DNA from: Flavobacteriales bacterium
Lineage (GTDB): Bacteria; Bacteroidota; Bacteroidia; Palsa-965
Reading direction: 5' to 3'
Assembly (NCBI GenBank): GCA_040377305.1
Contig: JBEIPA010000003.1
Coordinates: 128,001 to 192,000, forward strand
Length of the DNA: 64,000 nucleotides
The position numbers and the translations under genes are program-made. Under the pieces are notes generated by a model. That model was given only the letters and a program-made list of their open reading frames with translations. It searched no databases and was not told the DNA's origin. Of the stretch, positions 41,975-50,631 are shown piece by piece (position 1 is the stretch's first letter; every line of letters starts with the position of its first letter).

Positions 41975-42517
41975 TTGAAATCAGAAGTAAAGCTGGGAGA
42001 TAAAACCTTTGTTCCGTATTTAACGGAAGATAAAATCGCGGTTGCAGTTAAGCAGGTTGCTCAGAAGATTAACACTGATTACGCCGGAAAAAATCCCTTG
42101 TTTCTTGTGATTCTGAACGGATCGTTTTTATTTGCGGCAGATTTACTACGTGCTATTGATTCCGATGGGTGTGAAGTTTCATTCGTGAAATTTTCTTCGT
42201 ACAGCGGAACTGAATCCACCGGCAAAGTGAAAGAGCTCATCGGGTTGAATGAACATCTTGATGGTCGAGATGTAATTATTGTGGAAGACATCGTTGATAC
42301 AGGAAACACCATTGTACAGATGATGGATGATTTGCTGAAAAGAAATCCGGCATCGGTGAGAATTGCAGCGTTGTTGTTCAAACCTGAAGCGTACAAGAAG
42401 CAGATCAAGATTGATTACGTGGGAATGGAAATTCCGAATGCGTTTATTGTTGGGTACGGACTTGACTATGATGGGCTCGGAAGAAATCTGAAGGATATTT
42501 ACGTTATAAAAAAATGA
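41975..42517 (+). CDS. hpt: Hypoxanthine phosphoribosyltransferase
   Basis: ILNGSFLFAADL, SSYSGTES, IIVEDIVDTGNT, FIVGYGLDY; TTG start at 41975 just after the TATTTTTG -7 box (41961-41968). Confidence 0.95.
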   Translation: MKSEVKLGDKTFVPYLTEDKIAVAVKQVAQKINTDYAGKNPLFLVILNGSFLFAADLLRAIDSDGCEVSFVKFSSYSGTESTGKVKELIGLNEHLDGRDVIIVEDIVDTGNTIVQMMDDLLKRNPASVRIAALLFKPEAYKKQIKIDYVGMEIPNAFIVGYGLDYDGLGRNLKDIYVIKK

Positions 42518-42608
42518 TGTGCCGATATGCCTATTTGCCGATATGCCAATACCATTGTACCATTGATTAATTCATCGGCATATCAGCACATCGGCACATT
42601 GGCTCATT
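42517..42608. repeat. Micro-unit inverted repeat (8-nt unit ATRTGCCG)
   Basis: Left atgtgccgatatgcctatttgccgatatgccaat 42517-42550; right atcggcatatcagcacatcggcacattggctcatt 42574-42608. Confidence 0.9.
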
Positions 42609-42651
42609 GTCCGAAATCTCAAGCGATCAACTACACTTCATAAATACTATT

Positions 42652-43227
42652 ATGCTCAACGTTGTATTATTCGGACCTCCCGGCTCAGGCAAAGGAACTC
42701 AATCTGTAAAGCTCATTGAGAAATACGGAATCATTCACCTTTCAACCGGAGATATTTTCCGTGCGAATATTAAAGGCGGTACTGATCTCGGGAAACTCGC
42801 GCAGAGCTATATGGACAAAGGAGATTTGGTTCCTGATGAAGTTACGATTGGCATGCTGGAGGCAGAAGTCAATAAGCATGTTGCACCGAAAGGTTTCATC
42901 TTCGATGGTTTCCCGCGTACAACTGCGCAGGCACAAGCACTCGATTCGTTCCTGGCGACTAAAGGCTGGAACATTTCGGGAATGATTGCCTTGGAAGTTG
43001 ATAATGATGAATTGAAAAAGCGTTTGCTACTTCGTGGTAAAGATTCTGGTCGTGCAGATGATCAGAATCCGGATATCATTGCAAACCGTATCAACGAGTA
43101 CAACAACAAAACCGCTCCGTTGAAATCGTATTACGAAGCCCAAGGAAAATATCGTGGTGTAGAAGGAGTGGGAGAGATCGGGCAGATTTTCTCTAGTCTG
43201 TGTAAAGAGATTGATTCTCTGAAATAG
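42652..43227 (+). CDS. adk: Adenylate kinase (short-lid type)
   Basis: GPPGSGKGTQ, HLSTGD, GDLVPDE, FDGFPRT, GRADD; ATG 42652. Confidence 0.97.
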   Translation: MLNVVLFGPPGSGKGTQSVKLIEKYGIIHLSTGDIFRANIKGGTDLGKLAQSYMDKGDLVPDEVTIGMLEAEVNKHVAPKGFIFDGFPRTTAQAQALDSFLATKGWNISGMIALEVDNDELKKRLLLRGKDSGRADDQNPDIIANRINEYNNKTAPLKSYYEAQGKYRGVEGVGEIGQIFSSLCKEIDSLK

Positions 43228-43420
43228 GAACGCGGATTTTGCAGTACTATGCATGTTAGCGCTTTCCTCGGATCAGTCCGGTAAATAGAGCGAATTAGTT
43301 TTTCGATCTTATGAGATAGGCTTGAGTTTATCTCATTCAATCCATTAACCGGTTGAAGTATGCTCGCGAGTCATCCATGCGAACCGACTAGAAAACAACG
43401 GATATGAAAATCCGCATTCC
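43227..43420 (+). mobile_element. ~190-bp dyad element, copy A (MITE/REPIN-like)
   Basis: ggaacgcggatttt...aaaatccgcattcc ends; central atgagataggcttgagtttatctcat 43311-43336 on the symmetry axis. Confidence 0.8.
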
Positions 43421-43479
43421 ATTTCAACATATTGATAATCAACAAACTATATCGGTATTTCTGCTCGCATAAAACTAAA

Positions 43480-43511
43480 TTTAGGCATATCTAAAAATAG
43501 TTTTAAATTTG
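43480..43511 (+). promoter_or_regulatory. Putative DtxR/MntR-type operator next to the -7 promoter box of the TonB receptor
   Basis: TTTAG-gcatat-CTAAA palindrome 43480-43495; TAAATTTG -7 box 43504-43511; ATG 43516. Confidence 0.6.
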
Positions 43512-43515
43512 CCTC

Positions 43516-45765
43516 ATGATTCGGGGCTTGATCGTATTCTTGTTGTTTCCGTTGTCGATGAGTGCGACAAACATTCAGGGAAAGATTCTCTCCGGAGATT
43601 CAGCAGTTCCGTTTGCAATAATCTCTATAGGGCAAACAGGCAAAGGTGCTTCTGCCGATGTCAATGGATTTTACAAAGTAGACGGACTTTCTCCCGGCAC
43701 CTATACTTTCAAAATACAATGCATAGGTTTTCTTACGCACAGCAGATCGGTTGTTGTTCGCGATGTTCCTCAGCAAACCATCAACTTTGAACTCGAACAC
43801 GACAGTAAGTCTATGTCGGAAGTTGTGATCACAGGAACGATGAGTGAAGTAGAGAAAACTGACAGTCCCGTTCCTGTTGAAGTTTATACACCGAAATTTT
43901 TCAAACGAAATCCTGTTGCTTCTCTTTTTGAGTCGGTGGGTATGATGAATGGTGTGAAGCCTCAGCTGAATTGTAATGTGTGCAACACCGGTGATATTCA
44001 CATCAACGGAATGGAAGGTCCGTACACGATGGTTCTCATCGATGGAATGCCAATTGTGAGCAGCCTCGCAACAGTTTATGGTTTGATGGGTATTCCGAAT
44101 TCACTCATCGAACGTGTTGAAGTCGTGAAAGGTCCTGCGTCATCGCTGTATGGTTCGGAAGCTATGGGCGGAATGATTAATGTAATCACAAAGAATCCGT
44201 TCAATGCGCCGCGATTCGGTATTGACGTGTGGGGAACAAACTGGGCAGAGATCAATACTGATCTATCCTTTTCCCGCCCAACTGGAAAGAGAAGTTACAT
44301 GCTCACCGGAATCAATTACTTCAACTATTCGAATCCGCTCGATAAGAACGGAGATAATTTTACCGACGTTACTTTACAGGATAGAATTTCTGTATTCACA
44401 AAATGGGCGGGTAAAGACACGAGCGGAAATCCTTATTCGTTGGCTGCGCGTTATATCTATGAGGATCGTTGGGGCGGAGAAATGAATTACACGAATGAAT
44501 TTCGTGGTGGAGATTCGGTTTATGGTGAAAGCATTTACACGAACCGGATTGAATTGTTAGGCATGTGGCAACTTCCATTGCGGGAGAAAATAAATATTTC
44601 AGCTTCGTACAACTTTCACGATCACAACTCGGCATACGGAACAACGATCTTTAATGCGCAACAGCATACTGCGTTTCTTCAAACCACGTGGGCGCGACAA
44701 GTGAAGAGTCACTCTTTACTAGCAGGAACTTCTGTTCGTTACATGAAGTATGATGATAACACGCCAGCAACGCAAATTGAATCAGGAACTGAAATTGTGA
44801 CTTCTCCGCAATACACAAATTTGCCTGGCGTATTTGTGCAGGACGATATTCAACTGAGTGACGCACATCGGTTGCTGCTTGGCTATCGTTTTGATTTGCA
44901 TCGCGTGCATGGTGGAATTCACTCGCCCCGTGTCGCCTATAAATTTACCTGGGGCGATTTTATGGTTGTTCGTGCCAGCTTTGGAACTGGATTCCGAGTG
45001 GTGAATGTGTTCACCGAAGATCACGCCGCTTTGACGGGCTCACGTGAAGTGATCATGACTGAAGAGTTGGATCCGGAACGCTCTTTAAACGGAAATCTGA
45101 ATATCGTAATGCGTCGTTATCATGAATCGTGGTTTGGTGGATTAGACATTACAGGATTCTACACTTATTTCACGAACAAGATTACAGCCGATTTCGATAC
45201 AGATCCCGATCTGATCATTTACGACAACCTCAAAGGCTATGCAGTGTCGGCCGGAATTTCTGTCAATGGCGATATCACTTTCGGCAGTGGATTGAAACTT
45301 ATGGGTGGAGCGACTTTCATGAACGTATTTCAGGTAGAATCGGATTCTCTTGGACGTGAAATCGCGACACAACAACTGCACGCACCACGGTGGTCAGGAA
45401 CCGGATCTGTGTCCTACACTTTTCCGTTCGGTACAACTGTCGATCTCACCGCAAGCTGGTATGGTCCTATGCGTTTGCCCATTCTTCCGAATGATTATCG
45501 TCCGGAGTATTCACCCTGGTTCTGTATCGCAAACATTCAGCTTACACAAAAGATTTCTCCGCGTTTTGAGATTTATGGAGGCGTGAAGAACCTGCTCAAC
45601 TTCACACCCGATAATCCAATCATGCGCGCCTTTGATCCGTTTGATAAGAGCGTCAACGACCCGGTGAGCAATCCTAACGGATATACATTCGATCCCTCGT
45701 ACAACTACGCACCCATGCAGGGAATCAGGGCGTTTTTCGGATTGCGGTATACGATATCGAAATAG
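43516..45765 (+). CDS. TonB-dependent receptor (likely metal uptake)
   Basis: CarboxypepD_reg-like N-domain, EVVITGT TonB box, plug with CNVC, IERVEVVKGPASSLYGSEAMGG, C-terminal FFGLRY. Confidence 0.93.
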   Translation: MIRGLIVFLLFPLSMSATNIQGKILSGDSAVPFAIISIGQTGKGASADVNGFYKVDGLSPGTYTFKIQCIGFLTHSRSVVVRDVPQQTINFELEHDSKSMSEVVITGTMSEVEKTDSPVPVEVYTPKFFKRNPVASLFESVGMMNGVKPQLNCNVCNTGDIHINGMEGPYTMVLIDGMPIVSSLATVYGLMGIPNSLIERVEVVKGPASSLYGSEAMGGMINVITKNPFNAPRFGIDVWGTNWAEINTDLSFSRPTGKRSYMLTGINYFNYSNPLDKNGDNFTDVTLQDRISVFTKWAGKDTSGNPYSLAARYIYEDRWGGEMNYTNEFRGGDSVYGESIYTNRIELLGMWQLPLREKINISASYNFHDHNSAYGTTIFNAQQHTAFLQTTWARQVKSHSLLAGTSVRYMKYDDNTPATQIESGTEIVTSPQYTNLPGVFVQDDIQLSDAHRLLLGYRFDLHRVHGGIHSPRVAYKFTWGDFMVVRASFGTGFRVVNVFTEDHAALTGSREVIMTEELDPERSLNGNLNIVMRRYHESWFGGLDITGFYTYFTNKITADFDTDPDLIIYDNLKGYAVSAGISVNGDITFGSGLKLMGGATFMNVFQVESDSLGREIATQQLHAPRWSGTGSVSYTFPFGTTVDLTASWYGPMRLPILPNDYRPEYSPWFCIANIQLTQKISPRFEIYGGVKNLLNFTPDNPIMRAFDPFDKSVNDPVSNPNGYTFDPSYNYAPMQGIRAFFGLRYTISK

Positions 45766-45769
45766 AAAA

Positions 45770-45869
45770 GGAACGCGGATTTTTATGTACGCGGCATGCT
45801 AGCTTATCCGTCGGATCAGTGTGGTAAATTGAACGATTCGGTTTTTGATCTTATGAGATAGGCTTGAGT
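45770..45869 (+). mobile_element. ~190-bp dyad element, copy B (left half only)
   Basis: ggaacgcggattttt...tcggatcag...gatcttatgagataggcttgagt, then breaks off at the central loop. Confidence 0.8.
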
Positions 45870-45879
45870 CGGTTGAATT

Positions 45880-46069
45880 GGAACGCGGATTTTTACATAC
45901 GCCGCTTGCAAGCTTTCCGTCGGATCAGTATGGTGGATTGAGTGTTCCGGTATTGGATCTAATGAGATTCACTTAAGTTTATCTCATAGGATCAGATTCC
46001 CGGTTTTTGCGTTCACCACGATCATCCGATGGAACACTAACACCAAAATCACATAAAAATCCGCGTTCC
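45880..46069 (+). mobile_element. ~190-bp dyad element, copy C
   Basis: ggaacgcggattttta...taaaaatccgcgttcc; central atgagat..atctcat 45962-45987. Confidence 0.8.
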
Positions 46070-46124
46070 CTTTTCACCGTGCTGGCTCGATAATTGCCTA
46101 ACTTTAGGTTACAATTATTCAACT

Positions 46125-46472
46125 ATGAGATACTTACTCCTTCCAATTCTTGCGATCGGATTTCTGATCACCACCGCTTTTGCAAAACCACAACTTGCGG
46201 AAGTAGTCATTCACACAACCTTCTATTGTAATCATTACGATGTGTGTGAAAGCAAGCCGGCTTTGGAAAAAGAAATTATGCTCACAACAGGTGTGAAGAG
46301 TGTTGTGATTGATTCAAAAGCAATGACCATCACTGTGAAGTATAAGCCGAAGCAAACCACTCCGGATAAGATCAGAAAAGTGATTTCACAAAGCGGCTAT
46401 GATGCCGACAGTGTGAAGGCTGATCCGAAGGCTGTGGAGAAGCTGGATGGTTGCTGCAAGAAGCAGGAGTAG
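46125..46472 (+). CDS. Secreted heavy-metal-associated (HMA/MerP-like) protein
   Basis: Signal peptide, CNHYDVC, GVKSV, ITVKY.PKQT..DKIRK.IS.SGYDAD, C-terminal GCCK. Confidence 0.85.
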   Translation: MRYLLLPILAIGFLITTAFAKPQLAEVVIHTTFYCNHYDVCESKPALEKEIMLTTGVKSVVIDSKAMTITVKYKPKQTTPDKIRKVISQSGYDADSVKADPKAVEKLDGCCKKQE

Positions 46473-46485
46473 CCTGCAGGAAAGG

Positions 46486-46678
46486 GGAACGCGGATTTTT
46501 ATATCCGTGGCTTGCTAGCTTTTCCGTCGGATCAGTACGGTATCTTGAATGTTCCGGCTTTCGATCTAATGAGATACGTTTGAGTTTATCTCATAAAATC
46601 CATTTCCGAGATGAAGTATCCACCACAATCATCCATGCGAAGCGACTAGAAAACAACGGATATAAAAATCCGCGTTCC
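46486..46678 (+). mobile_element. ~190-bp dyad element, copy D (23-bp perfect terminal inverted repeat)
   Basis: ggaacgcggatttttatatccgt ... acggatataaaaatccgcgttcc; central hairpin 46569-46594. Confidence 0.82.
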
Positions 46679-46686
46679 ATTTTCCG

Positions 46687-46694
46687 TACTTTTG
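46687..46694 (+). promoter_or_regulatory. Bacteroidota -7 promoter box of obgE
   Basis: TACTTTTG just upstream of ATG 46702. Confidence 0.55.
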
Positions 46695-46701
46695 CACCCT
46701 C

Positions 46702-47703
46702 ATGGAATCAAACTTCGTCGATTACGTCAAAATAGCCTGTCGCTCCGGAAAAGGAGGAGGCGGTTCTGTGCATTTGCTTCGTACAGCATTGACGGCGAAA
46801 GGCGGACCTGATGGCGGAGATGGTGGACGTGGCGGACACGTAATTGCGCGTGGAAGTAATCAGGTTTGGACATTGTTGCACTTGAAATACCGTAAGCACG
46901 TTCTTGCACAGGATGGAGGACATGGCGGCCGTTCGAACAGTAGTGGTGCTGAAGGGAAAGATGAATATATCGAAGTACCTCTTGGAACCGTTATTCGTGA
47001 TGGTGAGACCGAAGAAGTTTTATTTGAGATTACGGAGCACGGACAAGAATACATGATCACAAAAGGTGGAAGAGGAGGAAAGGGAAATGCATTCTTTGCT
47101 ACTTCTACTCACCAGACACCGCGATTTGCGCAGCCGGGTGAACCGCGGGTAGAAAAGTGGGTGATTCTTGAGTTGAAATTGCTCGCTGATGTTGGTCTCG
47201 TTGGATTCCCGAATGCCGGTAAATCAACTTTGCTTTCTGTTGTATCTGCAGCTAAACCGGAGATTGCGAATTATCCGTTTACAACTCTGGTTCCGAACCT
47301 GGGTGTGGTGAGTTATCGCGATGATCGTTCGTTCGTAATCGCCGATATTCCTGGAATCATCGAAGGTGCACATGAAGGACGTGGATTAGGCTTGCGGTTT
47401 CTCCGTCACATCGAACGTAACTCGTGTCTGTTGTTTATGGTTCCTGCCGACAGTTCAGACATTGTTGCAGATTATAAAATTCTACTCAATGAATTGGAGC
47501 AGTTCAATCCCGAATTGCTTGACAAGAAACGCATGCTGGGAATTTCCAAAGCCGATTTGCTCGACGAAGAATTGTTCGAAGCAGTGGACAAGGATTTGAA
47601 GAAGCGTTTCAAGAAGTTCAATATTCCATACGTGATTTTCTCAGCGCACTCGCAGAAGAATGTGATGCAGTTGAAAGATGAGTTGTGGAAATTGATGAAC
47701 TAA
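46702..47703 (+). CDS. obgE: GTPase ObgE/CgtA
   Basis: [51 protein letters not shown]. Confidence 0.98.
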   Translation: MESNFVDYVKIACRSGKGGGGSVHLLRTALTAKGGPDGGDGGRGGHVIARGSNQVWTLLHLKYRKHVLAQDGGHGGRSNSSGAEGKDEYIEVPLGTVIRDGETEEVLFEITEHGQEYMITKGGRGGKGNAFFATSTHQTPRFAQPGEPRVEKWVILELKLLADVGLVGFPNAGKSTLLSVVSAAKPEIANYPFTTLVPNLGVVSYRDDRSFVIADIPGIIEGAHEGRGLGLRFLRHIERNSCLLFMVPADSSDIVADYKILLNELEQFNPELLDKKRMLGISKADLLDEELFEAVDKDLKKRFKKFNIPYVIFSAHSQKNVMQLKDELWKLMN

Positions 47704-47707
47704 TAGA

Positions 47708-47785
47708 CAATTCGCAATAATCAATTCGCAATACACAGTAAGGTATAGCAAGTTTTGAGCATTGCGTACTTATTATTGCGCATGG
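47708..47785. repeat. Micro-unit inverted repeat (7-nt period, CAAT core) between convergent genes
   Basis: Left caattcgcaataatcaattcgcaat 47708-47732; right attgcgtacttattattgcgcatgg 47761-47785. Confidence 0.75.
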
Positions 47786-48331
47786 TCATTCCTGATGTCC
47801 CGGTTGATTTCCACCTCGATTTGTTGGAGGCGAGTCGGGCGGCACTGGTTTGATATACGTACAACAAGCCTCATTCCACGGACAGTATTTGTAAAAGACA
47901 AACTCCGCATCCGAAATGTCTTTGCTCAGGAAAAACATGACATCGGGTTCACGATAAGATAAGTGATGGCACGCCGTATCCCATGTTTGTGTCGTAGTGT
48001 TTGATGGTGCAACGTATGGCAAAGTTTTCCAGCGCGTAACAAATTCGTAATCGCCCGCAGGTAAAGTGACCGAATAGTTTCCATCATCATCACTGGTTAC
48101 TGAATCAATAATCCGGGTTGAACCCATTGCACGGATATATACGGTTCTGTTTCGGGCAATTGATTCTATTCTCATGTCGTCGTATCCTTCAGGCAGATTT
48201 TCGCACATGTCTTCTATGATCAGCATCTTACCGGAAATGGTGAATTCAGTAGGACAGTGGATCGTACTGACTTTGAATCCGAACAATGCTAAAGACAACG
48301 AAGCAAGAAAGATCCAGAGTATTGATTTCAT
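47786..48331 (-). CDS. Secreted hypothetical protein (paralog of 48373-48891)
   Basis: Signal peptide from ATG 48331; SDDDGNYSVTLPAGDY prealbumin-like motif; Cys pattern shared with neighbour. Confidence 0.7.
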   Translation of the reverse strand: MKSILWIFLASLSLALFGFKVSTIHCPTEFTISGKMLIIEDMCENLPEGYDDMRIESIARNRTVYIRAMGSTRIIDSVTSDDDGNYSVTLPAGDYEFVTRWKTLPYVAPSNTTTQTWDTACHHLSYREPDVMFFLSKDISDAEFVFYKYCPWNEACCTYIKPVPPDSPPTNRGGNQPGHQE

Positions 48332-48372
48332 GGTTGCAAAACAAACGCGTTTGATTCCTACCAATTTACGTG

Positions 48373-48891
48373 TTATTCCGTGAGTGTTGTTGTACGAGCA
48401 ATGATTGTACAACAAACACTTAGTCCTTCACAGTTTTTATATAATGTAATCGGAACAAAGTATTTTTCCTTAGGCTCGTGCAGTAAAACGTAATCGGGCA
48501 TTCCGTGAATTTCCTTTAAGCATTCGTTATCCCACGAATAACAAAATGTGTTATCATTCGGCGAGTACGGCATACCTTTCCACATTTCATAAAAGTAGTA
48601 TGTAGCAGGTCCGGAATTCGCTGGAATGTAATAGCTAAAGTTGCCTACGGAATCGGTTATGGCCGTTTTGAATTTAACTATTGGACCATTTCCAATCTGT
48701 TTCTTGATGTAAATTACCCTTTGGCGTCCGGGTCTTGTAAAATCTGCTGTACTATCATCGCAGGCGTAAATGACTTCGGTAACGTGGCCTTCAATGCGAA
48801 TGGGAGGAGGAGGTTTTACGTCATTCGACTTCCATGCAACTGCGAAACACGCACCGATAAAAATCAGAAAAAGGAAGGCCGGATTTCTCAT
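48373..48891 (-). CDS. Secreted hypothetical protein (paralog of 47786-48331)
   Basis: Signal peptide; TDSVGNFS, WKGMPY, WDNEC, YKNC..CCT. Confidence 0.7.
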   Translation of the reverse strand: MRNPAFLFLIFIGACFAVAWKSNDVKPPPPIRIEGHVTEVIYACDDSTADFTRPGRQRVIYIKKQIGNGPIVKFKTAITDSVGNFSYYIPANSGPATYYFYEMWKGMPYSPNDNTFCYSWDNECLKEIHGMPDYVLLHEPKEKYFVPITLYKNCEGLSVCCTIIARTTTLTE

Positions 48892-48959
48892 GTGATTTTC
48901 ATATCAATTGTTGAACCAAACCTAATCAATATGAAAATCTACGCGTAGTTACGTAGGAG

Positions 48960-49445
48960 CTAGAAGAGGGAAGTCTGGTTCATCCCGGGAAGAGAATTTT
49001 CCAATCTCAATAACCATTCCTTTTTCTCTAGTCCACCTGCATAACCAGTAAGTGAACCATCACTTCCAATTACGCGGTGACAGGGAACAACAATAGCAAT
49101 ATTATTTCTGCCATTGGCTGTTCCAGCTGCGCGAATGCATTTCGGATCGCCCAAACGGACTGCTAACTCGTGATAGGAAATTGTTTTGCCGAATGGAATT
49201 TTCGTGAGCTCTTTCCAAACGCGCTGCTGAAATTCGGTTCCTTCCTGATCGTATTCGAATGTGAATTCAGTGCGTTTGCCTTCGAAGTATTCATCGAGTT
49301 GAGAAAGACACACTTTTTCGACTTCACTTTCGGCTACCTGCCGTTCGAGATGTTCTTCTCTGAATTCAATAGCAAGAATTTTGCCTTCACTGCTTGTGAT
49401 GTGAATCGGGCCCATCGGAGAATCAAAGGAGAACTTTTCTGACAT
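48960..49445 (-). CDS. ogt: Methylated-DNA-protein-cysteine methyltransferase
   Basis: GTEFQQRVW, IPFGKTISY, VPCHRVIG, GYAGG. Confidence 0.95.
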   Translation of the reverse strand: MSEKFSFDSPMGPIHITSSEGKILAIEFREEHLERQVAESEVEKVCLSQLDEYFEGKRTEFTFEYDQEGTEFQQRVWKELTKIPFGKTISYHELAVRLGDPKCIRAAGTANGRNNIAIVVPCHRVIGSDGSLTGYAGGLEKKEWLLRLENSLPGMNQTSLF

Positions 49446-49530
49446 GATAGCGCCGATTTCGAACAGCTAATTCGCAGATTGAATACAGCAGTGCACGCCG
49501 CGTCGCCGGGTACTCCACGCCGCCGCGATA

Positions 49531-50544
49531 TTATTTCTTCTTTAACAGAGTTGTACGACACTCGGCTTCCAATTGTTCCTTATCAATCGGAACAACACCG
49601 ACACTCTCACATACCAATCCGCCTGCGATGTTGGCTACTTCGGCAATAAGCTCAGGTTTTGCACCTGCAGCGAGACATAACGCAGCAACGCTAACTACTG
49701 TATCGCCTGCTCCGGAAACATCGGAAATATTTCTGAAGTGAGCAGGAATTCTCTTTTTCACTTTTCGACCGTGCACATAAATGCCATGCTCAGAAAGTGT
49801 GATCAATGCCAGATCGATTTTTAATTTCGTCTTGAGCATGTCCACTGCTTTAGTCAGCTCTTTTTCTTTGGATTCATCAAAGTCGAATTTCAGGCCCTCC
49901 CGAAGTTCTTTCAGATTCGGTTTGAATAAAGTTGCACCGTGATAGTTCATGAAATGCTTCTTCTTCGGATCAACTACCACCGGAACTTTCATGACGCGTG
50001 CGAGACTGATGATTGACTTGATCAATGGAACAGTGATCAGGCCTTTGTCGTAATCCTCGAAAATAATTACGTCAATCTTTTGTGTTTCGAGCAGGTATGC
50101 AATACGCTCCTCGAACTTATCTGTTTCTTCTTCGGTAATATCTTCATCAATCTCCTCATCCACACGCAGCATGTGATGATTGTTTCCGATGACACGTGTC
50201 TTTACAGTTGTTATGCGGTCGCGACTCTTCAGGATTCCTTTTGGAGCCAATTTCGCTTCCTGGAGAAGCTCGAGAAATCGCTGTCCGTCTTTATCAACGC
50301 CGATAACAGAACACAGAATTGGTGTTGCTCCAAGAGCTTTCACGTTCAATGCAACATTCGCTGCACCCCCAAGTCGTTGTTCATGCTTCGTAATCTGAAC
50401 GACAGGAACCGGAGCTTCAGGTGAAATGCGTGAAACTTTTCCCCACATATAATCGTCGATCATTACATCGCCGATAATGAGTACACGCATCTTGTCGAAT
50501 TGCGCGAAAAGTGTTTTGAGTTCTTTGTCGGTGTAGTTTGCCAC
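49531..50544 (-). CDS. D-glycero-beta-D-manno-heptose-7-phosphate kinase (RfaE domain I, PfkB family)
   Basis: GDVMIDDY.WG.VSRISPEAPVPV, GGAANVA, DYDKG, DVSGAGDTV; probable GTG start 50544. Confidence 0.9.
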   Translation of the reverse strand: MANYTDKELKTLFAQFDKMRVLIIGDVMIDDYMWGKVSRISPEAPVPVVQITKHEQRLGGAANVALNVKALGATPILCSVIGVDKDGQRFLELLQEAKLAPKGILKSRDRITTVKTRVIGNNHHMLRVDEEIDEDITEEETDKFEERIAYLLETQKIDVIIFEDYDKGLITVPLIKSIISLARVMKVPVVVDPKKKHFMNYHGATLFKPNLKELREGLKFDFDESKEKELTKAVDMLKTKLKIDLALITLSEHGIYVHGRKVKKRIPAHFRNISDVSGAGDTVVSVAALCLAAGAKPELIAEVANIAGGLVCESVGVVPIDKEQLEAECRTTLLKKK

Positions 50545-50631
50545 TGTGAATATTATTATGTGATTTTTCGTGTCAGACCGAGCCGACACCACAATCTTAT
50601 TTGCCTAAAGTTTAGTCGAAGCGATGGATGA

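Noticed and set aside
43227-46678. Classical integron (attC array) or CRISPR array
   Set aside because: No intI or cas genes. The elements lack RYYYAAC/GTTRRRY ends, and the repeats are ~190 bp separated by whole genes rather than short spacers.
46451-46735. 94-aa ORF across element D; likewise ORFs 26918-27169, 41624-41953 and 63758-63958 over repeats
   Set aside because: Frames are not conserved among repeat copies and show no recognisable protein features
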